64,000 bases of DNA from Acidobacteriota bacterium (GTDB lineage: Bacteria; Acidobacteriota; UBA890; WLXD01). Positions 1 through 9,922 of this stretch are shown in pieces (the stretch's first letter is position 1; each line of letters opens with the position of its first letter). The stretch covers positions 2,560,001 through 2,624,000 of the forward strand of contig CBDBHB010000009.1 in assembly GCA_965205505.1 (NCBI GenBank), written 5' to 3'. The position numbers and the translations under genes are program-made. The notes under the pieces are model-generated. The model did no database searches. It was not told the origin of the DNA and was given only the letters and a program-made list of their open reading frames with translations.

Positions 1-1848
1 CCCACCGGCGCCGCAACACATGCCATTCTCGCGGTTTGCCGCCATCTCAACGAGCTCGACGCCGGGAAGCCGCCGCAAGATCTCTCGGGGTGCGTCGAAG
101 ATACGGTTGTGCCTTCCGAGGTAGCAGGAGTCGTGGTAGGTGATGACGCGGTCGGTGGGTTGCGTTAGCTCCAGGCGGCCCTGTTCGAGCAGTTCGAGGA
201 TCAGCTCGGTGTGGTGTACGACCTCGTATTCGCCGCCGAAGTCGGGGTACTCGTTCTTCATCGTGTTGAAACAGTGAGGGCAAATGGTCAGCACTTTGTC
301 GACGCGGTACTGCTTCATCACCTCGATGTTGGTTTCGGCATGGATCTGGTACAGATACTCGTGCCCCATGCGGCGCGCCGGATCGCCGGTGCACGACTCC
401 TCATCGCCGAGCACGGCGAAGGACACCCCGGCAGCGTTCAGGATACGGACGATGCTGCGGGCGATCTTCTGGTTGCGCGCGTCGAAGGCGGCGGAACAGC
501 CGACCCAGAACAGGTACTCGACGCTGTCGCCAGCGGCTGCCACATCCGCCATCGTCCGGACGTCCAGACCCCGGGCCCAATCCAGCCGCGCGCTCGGGTG
601 CTGGTTCCACGGGTTGTTGCGTCGCTGCAGACCGGAGAATACCTCCCCATAGGTTTCCGGGTACTGGTCCTCGAGCATCACCTCGCTGCGCCTCAGCTCG
701 AGGATCTTGCCGAGAGGATCGATCGATACAGGGCACTCCTCGACGCATGCCATGCACGAGGTACAGGCCCAGATCTCCTCGCGAGTGATGCTGTTCTCGA
801 TGATCGGCTGGGGCGTCTGACCGGCGCCGACCAATGGCTGCTCATCGTTTAGTTGATCGCGTAGCTGCAGCACGATATCGCGCGGCGACAGTGTCTTGCC
901 GGAAAGGTGCGCCGGGCAGCTGATGTCGCAGCGTCCACACTCGGTGCAGCTGGTGAGGTCGAGCAGGTCCTTGCGTGTCAGGTCGGCGATCGACGCATAG
1001 CCCAGTACTTCGTCGTTCTCGAACGCAGCCTCGACGTCAACGGGCAGCAATCTGCCCGCCGTTCGCAGGTCCTGCAGCAGGATGTTGATCGTTGCGCTCA
1101 GGATGTGGACGACCTTCGGGGCGAAGGGCAAGGTTGCGACGAAGCCGAGCACTACGACGGCGTGGAACCACCACAGGGTGCGGTGCAGCGTGAGGAGGGT
1201 CTCGGGACCCACGCTGGCGGCGATCAAGGAGATCGCGAACCCGACCGGCGACCACCGAGGGTCGTAGGCGAGCTCACCGCTGGTGGCGGCAAGTCGCGTA
1301 CCTTCGACGACGAACCCCGTGGCGGCGATCAGCAACAACCCGAGCGGCAGCAACAGGTCGCTAGTGCTCCAACGCAGCTCCGGGTTGCCCGGGCCGTAGC
1401 GACGTATCAGCGCGAGAACCAGCCCGATGATGAACACTGCGCCCAGGGCGTCGAGCACTAGCTCGTAGCCCAGGAAGAAACCCCCGGTCCAGAAGCCGTG
1501 CTCGCGCTGCAAGAGCTTCTGGAACACGTCGTATTCGAGCGCCACGATGATCGTGCCGACAAACAGGGTGACGAACCCCCACATGATCGCCAGGTGCATT
1601 ACGCCGGCGCTGCGATCGGAGCGTGCGATGGTGCGATTCGTGGCAACCGTTGCCAGAGTCCGGGCGAGGTGCCCCAGCAAGCGTCCGGGTGGAAGCGCGA
1701 CGCTCTTGCCGCGCAGTATGCGCCGCACATGCAAGGCCAATCCGCCTACGAAGATCGCCGATGCCAAGAACGCCAGCGCAAGAAAAACCAACTCCGCCGC
1801 TCCGGAGATATTCCAGAAGACTTCGCGGGTTACAAGGTCATCAGACAA
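1..1848 (-). CDS. FadF-like membrane-bound Fe-S oxidoreductase (N-terminal TM domain, two 4Fe-4S motifs, CCG domains); 3' end runs off the window
   Basis: Manual translation from TTG 1848 (absent from the ORF track): TREVFWN, several TM helices, [62 protein letters not shown]. Confidence 0.9.
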   Translation of the reverse strand, partial: MSDDLVTREVFWNISGAAELVFLALAFLASAIFVGGLALHVRRILRGKSVALPPGRLLGHLARTLATVATNRTIARSDRSAGVMHLAIMWGFVTLFVGTIIVALEYDVFQKLLQREHGFWTGGFFLGYELVLDALGAVFIIGLVLALIRRYGPGNPELRWSTSDLLLPLGLLLIAATGFVVEGTRLAATSGELAYDPRWSPVGFAISLIAASVGPETLLTLHRTLWWFHAVVVLGFVATLPFAPKVVHILSATINILLQDLRTAGRLLPVDVEAAFENDEVLGYASIADLTRKDLLDLTSCTECGRCDISCPAHLSGKTLSPRDIVLQLRDQLNDEQPLVGAGQTPQPIIENSITREEIWACTSCMACVEECPVSIDPLGKILELRRSEVMLEDQYPETYGEVFSGLQRRNNPWNQHPSARLDWARGLDVRTMADVAAAGDSVEYLFWVGCSAAFDARNQKIARSIVRILNAAGVSFAVLGDEESCTGDPARRMGHEYLYQIHAETNIEVMKQYRVDKVLTICPHCFNTMKNEYPDFGGEYEVVHHTELILELLEQGRLELTQPTDRVITYHDSCYLGRHNRIFDAPREILRRLPGVELVEMAANRENGMCCGAGG

Positions 1849-1948
1849 GGTCGCGCCGGGATCCTCGCATGAGCTTCACGACTGAGCTATTCGCGGCGGT
1901 CCAAGGGTATAGGATGCGCGGATCAAGTCGAGAGATGAGGTGGGGCTT

Positions 1949-1975
1949 CCGAGCCCGAGCCCGAGCCCGAGCCCG
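1949..1975. repeat. (CCGAGC)x4.5 simple tandem repeat in a divergent intergenic region
   Basis: ccgagc ccgagc ccgagc ccgagc ccg read directly. Confidence 0.9.
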
Positions 1976-2026
1976 GGACGGTGGCGGCCAACGCCAGCAG
2001 GACGCCAGAATACGAAGGAGCGATCG

Positions 2027-4543
2027 GTGAGTGAGCTACCCAAGCACGCCAAGGTCGTTGTTGTCGGCGCCGGCATCGTCGGAAACAGCATGGCCTGGCA
2101 CCTGGCCCGACTGGGCTGGCGCGACATCGTGCAGATCGACAAGGGGCCGCTGCCCAATCCGGGTGGCTCGACCGGTCATGCGTCGAATTTCGTCTACCCG
2201 ATGGACCACTCCAAGGTGATGACGGAGATCACCGCCGACAGCACGTGCCAGTACGAAGATATGGGCGTGTTCCGCGAGAGCGGGGGCCTCGAGGTGGCGC
2301 GCGACGAGAAGCACCTGATCGAGCTCCGCCGCCGACTACAGTCGGCCAAGTGCTGGGGCGTCGAGGCCGAGCTTCTGACCCCCGATGAAACGCTCAAGCT
2401 GTTCCCGTGGATCGATCGGGACGTCATTCTGGGGTCGTACTGGAGCCCAACCGTCGGTGTCGTCGACTCGCTACGTGCCGGAACCATCATGCGGGAGCGT
2501 GCACAGGAGCTCGCGGCGTTGAGCGTGTTTCCCAGCACGGAGATCCTGGGCATCGATGTGGAGAACGGTAGGGTAAAGGGTGTGCGCACCTCGCGCGGTG
2601 ACATGACCGCCGAGTACGTTGTCGTTGCCTGCGGTGTGTGGAGCCCGCGCATTGCGGCAATGGCGGGCGCGACGATCCCGCTGACGCCGATCATCCACCA
2701 GATGATCGACGTCGGACCGATCGAGGCTTTCGAGGGTGCCGAGAGCGAGATCGAGTACCCGATCATCCGCGACATGAGCGTCTTCATGTATGAACGCCAG
2801 GCGGGGAACAACCTGGAGATCGGCTCGTACGCGCATCGGCCGATCATCCACGACGCGGATGACATCCCGTCCAACGACGAGGCGGCGCTGTCGCCCACCG
2901 AGATGCCGTTCACGGGCCAGGACTTCGATCCGCAGCTGGCTCATGCGATCGAGCTGCTACCGGAGCTACTGGATCGCGACGATGTCGAGATCCAGTACGC
3001 CATCAACGGGTTGCTATCGCTTACGCCTGACGGTGAGCCGGTGCTCGGTGAGACGGTCGAGGTGAAGAACCTCTGGTCGGCCGCCGCTGTCTGGATCAAG
3101 GAGGGACCTGGGGTCGGGCGCATGATCGCCGAATGGATGGTCGACGGCCAGCCGGAGATCGACCCCCACGAGCTCGACATTTCACGCCTCTACCCGTTCG
3201 CGCGCACGAACACGCATGTGGTGGCGCGAGCCTGTGAGAGCTTCAACAAGATCTACGGTGTGGTGCACCCGATGGAGCAGTGGGAGTCGTCGCGGCGAGT
3301 CCGCTGCAGCCCTTTCTACACTCAGCAAGAGTCCCAGGACGCGGTGTTTTACGAAACGGCGGGTTGGGAGCGCCCGCACTGGTACGACTCCAACCGAATC
3401 CTGCTCGAGGAGTACCAGGAGCGCATACCCGATCGCCCGAACGAATGGGACGCGCGTTGGTGGTCGCCGATCATCAATGCCGAGCACCTGGCGATGCGCG
3501 ATCGCGCCGCGATGGTCGATCTGTCGGCGCTGGCGATCTTCGACGTTTCCGGCCCGGGCGCTCTGAACTACGTTCAGAAGATGGCTGTAAACCAGATGGA
3601 CGTGGCGGTTGGCAGGGCCGTCTACACGCCACTGCTGCACCGCAACGGTGGCTTCAAGTCTGACCTGACCATCATGCGCACCGGTGCTGAGTCGTTTCGC
3701 GTGGTGTCTGGTGGTGCTGACGGAAGCCGGGACGAGAAGTGGCTCCGGGTCAACCTGCCGGACGACGGGTCGACGCACTTCGACAACCGCTCGTCGGCGC
3801 TTTGTACGCTGGGGCTCTGGGGGCCGCGCGCGCGCGACATCCTGCAATCGCTCACCCGCAACGACGTCTCGCACGAGGCCTTCCCGTTCGGCACCGCACA
3901 GCAGATCGTCCTCGATCGTGTGCCTGTATGGGCCCTGCGTATCTCCTATGTCGGCGAGCTCGGCTGGGAGCTATACATGCCGATGGAGAACGGGCGTTAC
4001 GTCTGGGATCTGCTGTCGGAAGCGGGGCGACCGAGTGGCCTGATTCCCGCAGGTATCGGCGTGTATGGCACCACCGGCCGGTTGGAGAAGGGGTACCGGC
4101 TGTTCGGCGCCGAGCTGGAGGGCGACACCAATCCGGTCGAGGCTGGTCTTGCACGCAAGACGGTCAAGGAGCAGGACTTCGTTGGCAAGGAGGCCTACGC
4201 GCAAGCGCTCGAGAGTGAGCCGGCGGCGATACTGTGCACCCTGACCGTCGACGACCACACATCGTCATCGGGCGAAGCGCGCTTCATGCTCGGTCGCGAG
4301 CCGGTGCTGACCAAGGATGGCAAGCGGATCGTCGATGCGCGCGGCCGTGGCTCATACACAACGAGCGCCGGCGCCGGGCCGTCGGTGGGGAAGTACCTGC
4401 TGATGGCGTATCTGCCTCCGGAGCACGCGCAAGAAGGTACCGAGCTACTGGTGGAGTACTTCGCCGAGCAGTATCCGGTGACGGTCGCCGTCGCAGGCAG
4501 CAAGCCGCTTTTCGATCCCGGCAACGAGCGCATGCGGAAATGA
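2027..4543 (+). CDS. Dimethylglycine/sarcosine oxidase-dehydrogenase (FAD-dependent DAO domain + GcvT aminomethyltransferase domain)
   Basis: VVVVGAGIVG Rossmann motif, GSTGHASNF, TPDGEP, GWERPHW, RISYVGELGWE; GAAGGAG RBS before GTG 2027. Confidence 0.9.
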   Translation: MSELPKHAKVVVVGAGIVGNSMAWHLARLGWRDIVQIDKGPLPNPGGSTGHASNFVYPMDHSKVMTEITADSTCQYEDMGVFRESGGLEVARDEKHLIELRRRLQSAKCWGVEAELLTPDETLKLFPWIDRDVILGSYWSPTVGVVDSLRAGTIMRERAQELAALSVFPSTEILGIDVENGRVKGVRTSRGDMTAEYVVVACGVWSPRIAAMAGATIPLTPIIHQMIDVGPIEAFEGAESEIEYPIIRDMSVFMYERQAGNNLEIGSYAHRPIIHDADDIPSNDEAALSPTEMPFTGQDFDPQLAHAIELLPELLDRDDVEIQYAINGLLSLTPDGEPVLGETVEVKNLWSAAAVWIKEGPGVGRMIAEWMVDGQPEIDPHELDISRLYPFARTNTHVVARACESFNKIYGVVHPMEQWESSRRVRCSPFYTQQESQDAVFYETAGWERPHWYDSNRILLEEYQERIPDRPNEWDARWWSPIINAEHLAMRDRAAMVDLSALAIFDVSGPGALNYVQKMAVNQMDVAVGRAVYTPLLHRNGGFKSDLTIMRTGAESFRVVSGGADGSRDEKWLRVNLPDDGSTHFDNRSSALCTLGLWGPRARDILQSLTRNDVSHEAFPFGTAQQIVLDRVPVWALRISYVGELGWELYMPMENGRYVWDLLSEAGRPSGLIPAGIGVYGTTGRLEKGYRLFGAELEGDTNPVEAGLARKTVKEQDFVGKEAYAQALESEPAAILCTLTVDDHTSSSGEARFMLGREPVLTKDGKRIVDARGRGSYTTSAGAGPSVGKYLLMAYLPPEHAQEGTELLVEYFAEQYPVTVAVAGSKPLFDPGNERMRK

Positions 4544-5307
4544 ACATCCTCGTTTGCGTCAAGCGTGTCCCGGACACGGGAGCCAAGCTGCGGCTCACCG
4601 AGGACGAGCGCGCCGTGGATACGAGGCGGCTGGGATTTACCATCAGCCCGCACGAGGAGTGCGCCGTAGAGGAAGCGGTGCAGATCATCGAGCGCGAGGG
4701 CGGCGAGGGCGTGGTGCTCACGCTCGGTCCAGGGGAGGCCGAAGAGCAGCTGCGCGACTCGATGGCCCGAGGCATGGATCGCGCCATCCTGTTGGAGATC
4801 GATGGCGAGGAGTGGGACCCGCAGCGCACCGCCGACGCCATCGTCGAATCGGTGCGCCGGGAGGCCGATGCCGGTCATCACTACGACTTGATCATGTTCG
4901 GCAACGAATCTGCCGACAGCGGGGACTTTCAGATCGGCATTCGGGTGGCCCATGCACTGGACCTACCTTGTGTTACCGGCGTCAAGGACATCGACATTCA
5001 CGGCGGTGCGCTGGAGGCACGGCGTGAGATCGCTGCTGGATGGGAGGTTTACGAAGTGCAGATGCCGGCCGTCCTCACCACCAAAGAGGGCCTGAACCTG
5101 CCGCGACATCCATCCTTGCGCGGCACGATGGGAGCCAAGAAGAAACCGCTCGATCGGAGCTCGCCATCGCACAGCGAGGGTGGCCTACGTCTGCAGCGCG
5201 TCGTCCACCCGCCGGATCAGGGAAAGGAAGTCGAGATCCTGGGTGAGGGGCCGGCGGCGGCACCGCGCATAGTCGAGCTGCTCGAAAAACTGGAGTTGCT
5301 CGGATGA
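4540..5307 (+). CDS. etfB: Electron transfer flavoprotein subunit beta
   Basis: MNILVCVKRVPD, AVEEAV, GNESADSGDFQ, LNLPR; ATGA overlap with the upstream gene. Confidence 0.92.
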   Translation: MNILVCVKRVPDTGAKLRLTEDERAVDTRRLGFTISPHEECAVEEAVQIIEREGGEGVVLTLGPGEAEEQLRDSMARGMDRAILLEIDGEEWDPQRTADAIVESVRREADAGHHYDLIMFGNESADSGDFQIGIRVAHALDLPCVTGVKDIDIHGGALEARREIAAGWEVYEVQMPAVLTTKEGLNLPRHPSLRGTMGAKKKPLDRSSPSHSEGGLRLQRVVHPPDQGKEVEILGEGPAAAPRIVELLEKLELLG

Positions 5308-6269
5308 TTCTGGGGATCATCGAGCACGACCGTGGGGTGATCGAGGCGACCTCTCTGCAAATGCTCACCCTGGGGCGCGGCCTCGCCGAGCAAACGGGAA
5401 CCTCGCTCGAGGCAGCGCTGATCGGTGACGACTCCGCATTGCTGGAGGAGACCATCAAGCCGTTCGGGATGGCGGCGATCCACCGGGTTACCCATCCGCA
5501 GCTGGATGACTACGCGCCGGCGGCATGGGCGGAGGCGGCGATTCAGCTGGGGCGCGCTCGCGGGGCGCAGGCGATCCTGGCGCCGGGGTCAGACCGCGGC
5601 AACGAGATTCTCGCGCATGTGGCGGCCAAGACCGGGCTGGCCATGGCGGCGAACTGCGCGCAGGTGGAGGCCGGGGATGTGTACCGGGTGGTCCGATTGC
5701 GCTGGGGCAGTAGCTTGCTGGAGGAGGCCGAGCTTAGCGGTGCGATCAAGCTCTTGAGCGTCGCGCCGCATACCGTCGAGGCGACCGAGGCTCGCTGCGA
5801 CAACGTGACCGTGGAAGATTTCGAGCCGGTGCTCTCGGAGGCCGACCTCAGGGTCAAGGTGACACGGCGCGACGAGACGGCGAGTTCCGGCGTTACGTTG
5901 AAGACCGCCCGGGTGGTTATCGGCGGCGGTCGCGGGGTCGGCAGCGCCGAAGGGTTCGCTGTTCTGGAAGACCTGGCCACGGTCCTAGGAGGAATTGTCG
6001 GCGGCTCGCGCGTAGCCACAAATAACGGCTGGCGGCCGCATACGAATCAGGTCGGACTGACCGGTACCCGCATTGCGCCGCAACTGTACATTGCCTGCGG
6101 CATCAGCGGCGCTATCCAGCACCTGGTGGGCTGCAAGGGTGCCAAGCACATCTTGGTGATCAACACCGATCGCGAAGCGCCCTTCTTTTCCAAGGCGGAC
6201 TACGGCGTCGTCGGCGACCTGCACGAAGTGGTCCCGGCGCTGGTGGCCGAGGTCAAGAAGCGCGGCTAG
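5304..6269 (+). CDS. etfA: Electron transfer flavoprotein subunit alpha
   Basis: GGGRG, GGSR, QVGLTG, LYIACGISGAIQHLVG, INTDREAPFF. Confidence 0.95.
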   Translation: MILGIIEHDRGVIEATSLQMLTLGRGLAEQTGTSLEAALIGDDSALLEETIKPFGMAAIHRVTHPQLDDYAPAAWAEAAIQLGRARGAQAILAPGSDRGNEILAHVAAKTGLAMAANCAQVEAGDVYRVVRLRWGSSLLEEAELSGAIKLLSVAPHTVEATEARCDNVTVEDFEPVLSEADLRVKVTRRDETASSGVTLKTARVVIGGGRGVGSAEGFAVLEDLATVLGGIVGGSRVATNNGWRPHTNQVGLTGTRIAPQLYIACGISGAIQHLVGCKGAKHILVINTDREAPFFSKADYGVVGDLHEVVPALVAEVKKRG

Positions 6270-6421
6270 TGCTCCTGCCCTCCGGGTGGCCGCGGGACCG
6301 GCCACCTTGGGCGTCGCGGCGCCTCGACGATACACCCAGCATCGCCCTCGTCGCCGCTCCTACAATTCGCGCCGGTCGCGCGCGCCACAAACGTCACCGT
6401 ACTTATGATCAGGAGCACTAG
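6266..6421. mobile_element. 156-bp MITE/REP-like element, family 2 (TIR CTAGTGCTCCTG), followed by an abutting TIR-only palindrome at 6419-6442
   Basis: CTAGTGCTCCTG...CAGGAGCACTAG; then TAGTGTCCTG-tagt-CAGGACACTA. Confidence 0.75.
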
Positions 6422-6472
6422 TGTCCTGTAGTCAGGACACTAACCGGCCATGGTGGAAACGTGGCAGGCCTG

Positions 6473-8014
6473 CTAGACGAAGGCGTCGGGCATCGACGCC
6501 TTGCGGCGCGCGATGAAATCCAGCAGCTCCTCGTCGACCGCCTCATCGATTGGTGGCGGCTCGTACGAGGCCAATTGCTCCTTCCAGAGGATATTGGCCC
6601 GCTGCACTGCGGTTGTGCTGCCGTCCTCCTCCCACTGCTCGAAGCTGGAGTTGTCGGCCACCGACGAGCGATAGAAGGCTTGCTCGAAGTTCGCCAGCGT
6701 GTGGGCTGTGCCGAGGAAATGCTGTCCGGGCTCGTTTTCGCGAATCGCGTCGAGCGCCTGACCATTGTCGGAGAGGTCGATCCCCTTGGCGAAGACCTGC
6801 ATCATGCCGAGTTGATCGGCATCCATGACGAATTTCTCGTAGCCGACCGTAAGGCCGCCCTCCAACCAGCCGGCCGCGTGCATGACGAAATTCACTCCCG
6901 CCATCAGCGTTGGAATCAGTGTTGCCTGGCTCTCGTAGGCTGCCTGGGCGTCGGCCGTCTTGGACGCCGTGAGAGCCCCGCCGGAACGGAACGGTACACC
7001 GAGCCGTCGCGACAAGGCGGCAACGGCGTAAAGCGTCAAAGCGGCCTCCGGCGTACCGAACGTCGGGGCGCCGGTCTGCATCGACATCGAGCTGGCGAAC
7101 GAGCCGAAGATCACCGGAGCGCCGGGCCGGACGAGTTGGACGAAGGTCATGCCGGCCAGCGCTTCCGCCAGGGTCTGAGCCGCGACACCCGCGGCGGTCA
7201 CCGGGCCCATCGCACCGGCGAGTATGAACGGCGTGATCAGGTTGGCCTGATTGTGTTGCGCGTACACCTCCATCGCCGCCAGCATCGAAGCGTCCCATAC
7301 GAGGGGAGACGAGGCGTTGACCAGGCTGGTCATCACCGTACGGTCGCCGAGATCGCCGCCGAAGGCGATGCGAGCTAGCTCGAAGCTGTCCTCGGCGCGC
7401 TCTCCGGCTGTCACCGAGCCCATGAACGGCTTGTCGCTGTAGCGGATATGCGCATACACCATGTCGAGATGACGCTTGTTGACCGGCACATCGACCGGCT
7501 CGCAGACCGTCCCACCCGAGTGATGGAGGTAGGGCGATAAGTACGCCAGCTTCACGAGGTTCTGGAAGTCCTCGATTGTGCCGTAGCGCCGGCCGCGATC
7601 GAGATCGGTCACAAACGGTGAGCCGTAGTTGGGAACGAACACCGTGCCGTCACCGCCGATGGTGACGCTGCGCGCCGCGTTGCGGGCGTGCTGAACATAG
7701 GTTCTGGGGGCGTTCGAGCTGACGATCTGACGACACATGCCGGACGGGAAGCGGACACGCTCGCCATCGATGTCGGCTCCCGCCTTGCCCAGCAGCTCCA
7801 GTGCACGAGGGTAGTCGCGAAACTCGATGCCGACCTCCTGGAGGATCGTGTCGGCGTTGCGCTCGATGATCTCGAGGCCCTCGTCGCCGACCAGATCGAC
7901 TGGGGCGAGCGCGCGCGTGAGGAAGGGTGCTGTGGCCGGGGTCGCCGCTGCCCGGGCCTCCTTGCGGGCCTCACGCCCGCCACCGCGCCGCCTGCGAGTG
8001 CGCCTGTCGGTCAA
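6473..8014 (-). CDS. Trimethylamine methyltransferase (MttB) superfamily protein, non-pyrrolysine (MtgB-like)
   Basis: ILQEVGIEF, EPVDVPVNKRHLD, NASSPLVWD, GAPTFGTPE, SKTADAQAAYES, HAAGWLEGGL; GGAGG RBS before TTG 8014; no in-frame TAG. Confidence 0.9.
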   Translation of the reverse strand: MTDRRTRRRRGGGREARKEARAAATPATAPFLTRALAPVDLVGDEGLEIIERNADTILQEVGIEFRDYPRALELLGKAGADIDGERVRFPSGMCRQIVSSNAPRTYVQHARNAARSVTIGGDGTVFVPNYGSPFVTDLDRGRRYGTIEDFQNLVKLAYLSPYLHHSGGTVCEPVDVPVNKRHLDMVYAHIRYSDKPFMGSVTAGERAEDSFELARIAFGGDLGDRTVMTSLVNASSPLVWDASMLAAMEVYAQHNQANLITPFILAGAMGPVTAAGVAAQTLAEALAGMTFVQLVRPGAPVIFGSFASSMSMQTGAPTFGTPEAALTLYAVAALSRRLGVPFRSGGALTASKTADAQAAYESQATLIPTLMAGVNFVMHAAGWLEGGLTVGYEKFVMDADQLGMMQVFAKGIDLSDNGQALDAIRENEPGQHFLGTAHTLANFEQAFYRSSVADNSSFEQWEEDGSTTAVQRANILWKEQLASYEPPPIDEAVDEELLDFIARRKASMPDAFV

Positions 8015-8150
8015 GCTGTTCCTCCCGGTGCGGACACCACGAGTTACCGGCCCACTAGTTCCGAAGCCGGCGGCTACACTGGGCCGTGCGCGGATTGTAG
8101 CCTGCGCGGGCAACCTATCAAGCTAGTGGTGTATTGGAGAACGCGAATCG

Positions 8151-9842
8151 ATGCGAGTCCGAAGCACATTCCGCTGGCTGATTGCCGTGGTGGCAATCTG
8201 CTGCCTCTCTGGATACGCGCCACCGAGCGCCGCCAACCTCGACCTGTTGATCACCGGCGGCAGGATCATCGATGGTACTGGCAACCCCTGGTACGCCGCG
8301 GATGTCGGCATCATCGGGGACACGATCGTGGAGATCGGTGACCTCTCGGGCAGACGGGCAGCGCGCACGATCGATGCCACGGGCAAGGTCGTCAGCCCCG
8401 GCTTCATCGACATGCACACACACGTCGACCGTGGCTTCGACCAGCCCGATACCGCCGCCATCCTCAACTACCTGCACCAGGGTGTGACGACTGTCCGGCC
8501 CGGGTCTGACGGCGGCGCGTCGCACCGCGTCTCCGAGACCAAGGCCCGATGGGAAGCGAACGGCATGGGATTGAATGCCGTCCATATGGTCGGCTTCAAC
8601 ACCGTGCGCCGCGATGTCATGGGATACGACTTCCTGCGCGCCGCCAGCGACGACGAGATCGAACAGATCCAGTCCCTCGTACGGCAGGCGATGCGTGAGG
8701 GCTCATGGGGCATCAGTGCCGGCCTCGAGTACGAGGGCCTACACCTACACGCCAGTACCGAAGAGCTCATCGAGGTTACCAGGCCGGTGGGTGAGTTCGA
8801 AGGCGTCTACATCTCCCATATGCGGGATGAGGGCGTTCGTCTGCTCGATTCGATCCGCGAGATCGTGCGCATCGGCGAGGGGGCCGGAGTACCGGTGAAT
8901 GTCACCCATATGAAAGCGGCCGGACGATTGCAGTGGGGCTTGATGACCGAGGCTGTCGAGCTGATTCAAGCAGCGCGCAATCGTGGCGTCTCGATAACCG
9001 CTGACCAGTACCCGTGGGATCAGTCCGCACCGTTCGGGTACATCACCGCGCTGGTCGATGTGCCCAACGACATGGAGGAGCTAGCGACGCTGCGGGACCG
9101 AAGCCGCGCTCGGGAGCTGTCACACGAGGACAGGATCAGCGCTCGCTCGCGCTACGTGGCGGCGCTCCAGGAAGCGCTGCGTGACGAAAACCAGCGGCAG
9201 TTGATGCGCGCATCGACGTACGAGGAGCGCGAGGCTGACTGGAGTGCGGTGGCCAAATGGGGCTGGCAGGACTTCCGCATCAAGCACACCTCCAGGCACC
9301 CCGAGTTACTGCAGAAGAACCTGCTGGACGTCGAGCGGGAGCAGGGTAGGGACGGCTTCGACATCGTCGCCGACCTGGTTCTCGACGAGCCCGACATGTT
9401 GTTCGCCGGGGGCTCGATGTCACCCGATGACCTGCGGCACGCGATGGCGCAGCCCTGGGTGATGATTAGCAGTGATGGCGCCGGCCCGCTCACGCACGCC
9501 GATTACCCTGTTCCGAGCCATCCGCGCTCGTTTGCCAGCCAGGCGGTGGCGCTCCGTCAGTATGTGCGTGACGAGGGCCTGCTTACGCTAGTCGACGCGA
9601 TACGAAAAATGACCTCGTTGCCTGCCCAGTTCCTCGGTATGAGGGATCGCGGTCTGATCGCCGAAGGGTTCAAGGCGGATCTGGCCATCTTCGATCCCGA
9701 GCGCGTCGAAGATCGGGCAACCTGGGCCGATGCGCACCGTTACGCCACCGGCATCGACTACGTGATCGTCAATGGTGGGGTGAGTATCGACGCTGGCGAG
9801 TTCAACGGCGCGCGCCACGGTAGGTTACTGCTGAAGCGGTAG
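8151..9842 (+). CDS. D-aminoacylase-like amidohydrolase with signal peptide
   Basis: DLLITGGRIIDGTG, PGFIDMHTH, SHMRDE, SSDG, HPR, KMTSLPA, GFKADLAIFDP. Confidence 0.88.
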   Translation: MRVRSTFRWLIAVVAICCLSGYAPPSAANLDLLITGGRIIDGTGNPWYAADVGIIGDTIVEIGDLSGRRAARTIDATGKVVSPGFIDMHTHVDRGFDQPDTAAILNYLHQGVTTVRPGSDGGASHRVSETKARWEANGMGLNAVHMVGFNTVRRDVMGYDFLRAASDDEIEQIQSLVRQAMREGSWGISAGLEYEGLHLHASTEELIEVTRPVGEFEGVYISHMRDEGVRLLDSIREIVRIGEGAGVPVNVTHMKAAGRLQWGLMTEAVELIQAARNRGVSITADQYPWDQSAPFGYITALVDVPNDMEELATLRDRSRARELSHEDRISARSRYVAALQEALRDENQRQLMRASTYEEREADWSAVAKWGWQDFRIKHTSRHPELLQKNLLDVEREQGRDGFDIVADLVLDEPDMLFAGGSMSPDDLRHAMAQPWVMISSDGAGPLTHADYPVPSHPRSFASQAVALRQYVRDEGLLTLVDAIRKMTSLPAQFLGMRDRGLIAEGFKADLAIFDPERVEDRATWADAHRYATGIDYVIVNGGVSIDAGEFNGARHGRLLLKR

Positions 9843-9922
9843 GCGCGGCGGCATACCATGGGCGACCTCGTCGGCTCTTCGGCCCGGCGGATCGGTTGGC
9901 CTGCGTACTGGAGGAACGCACC

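Noticed and set aside
8122-8175. Possible third CTAG-starting element upstream of the D-aminoacylase
   Set aside because: No partner inverted end or second copy found in the window.
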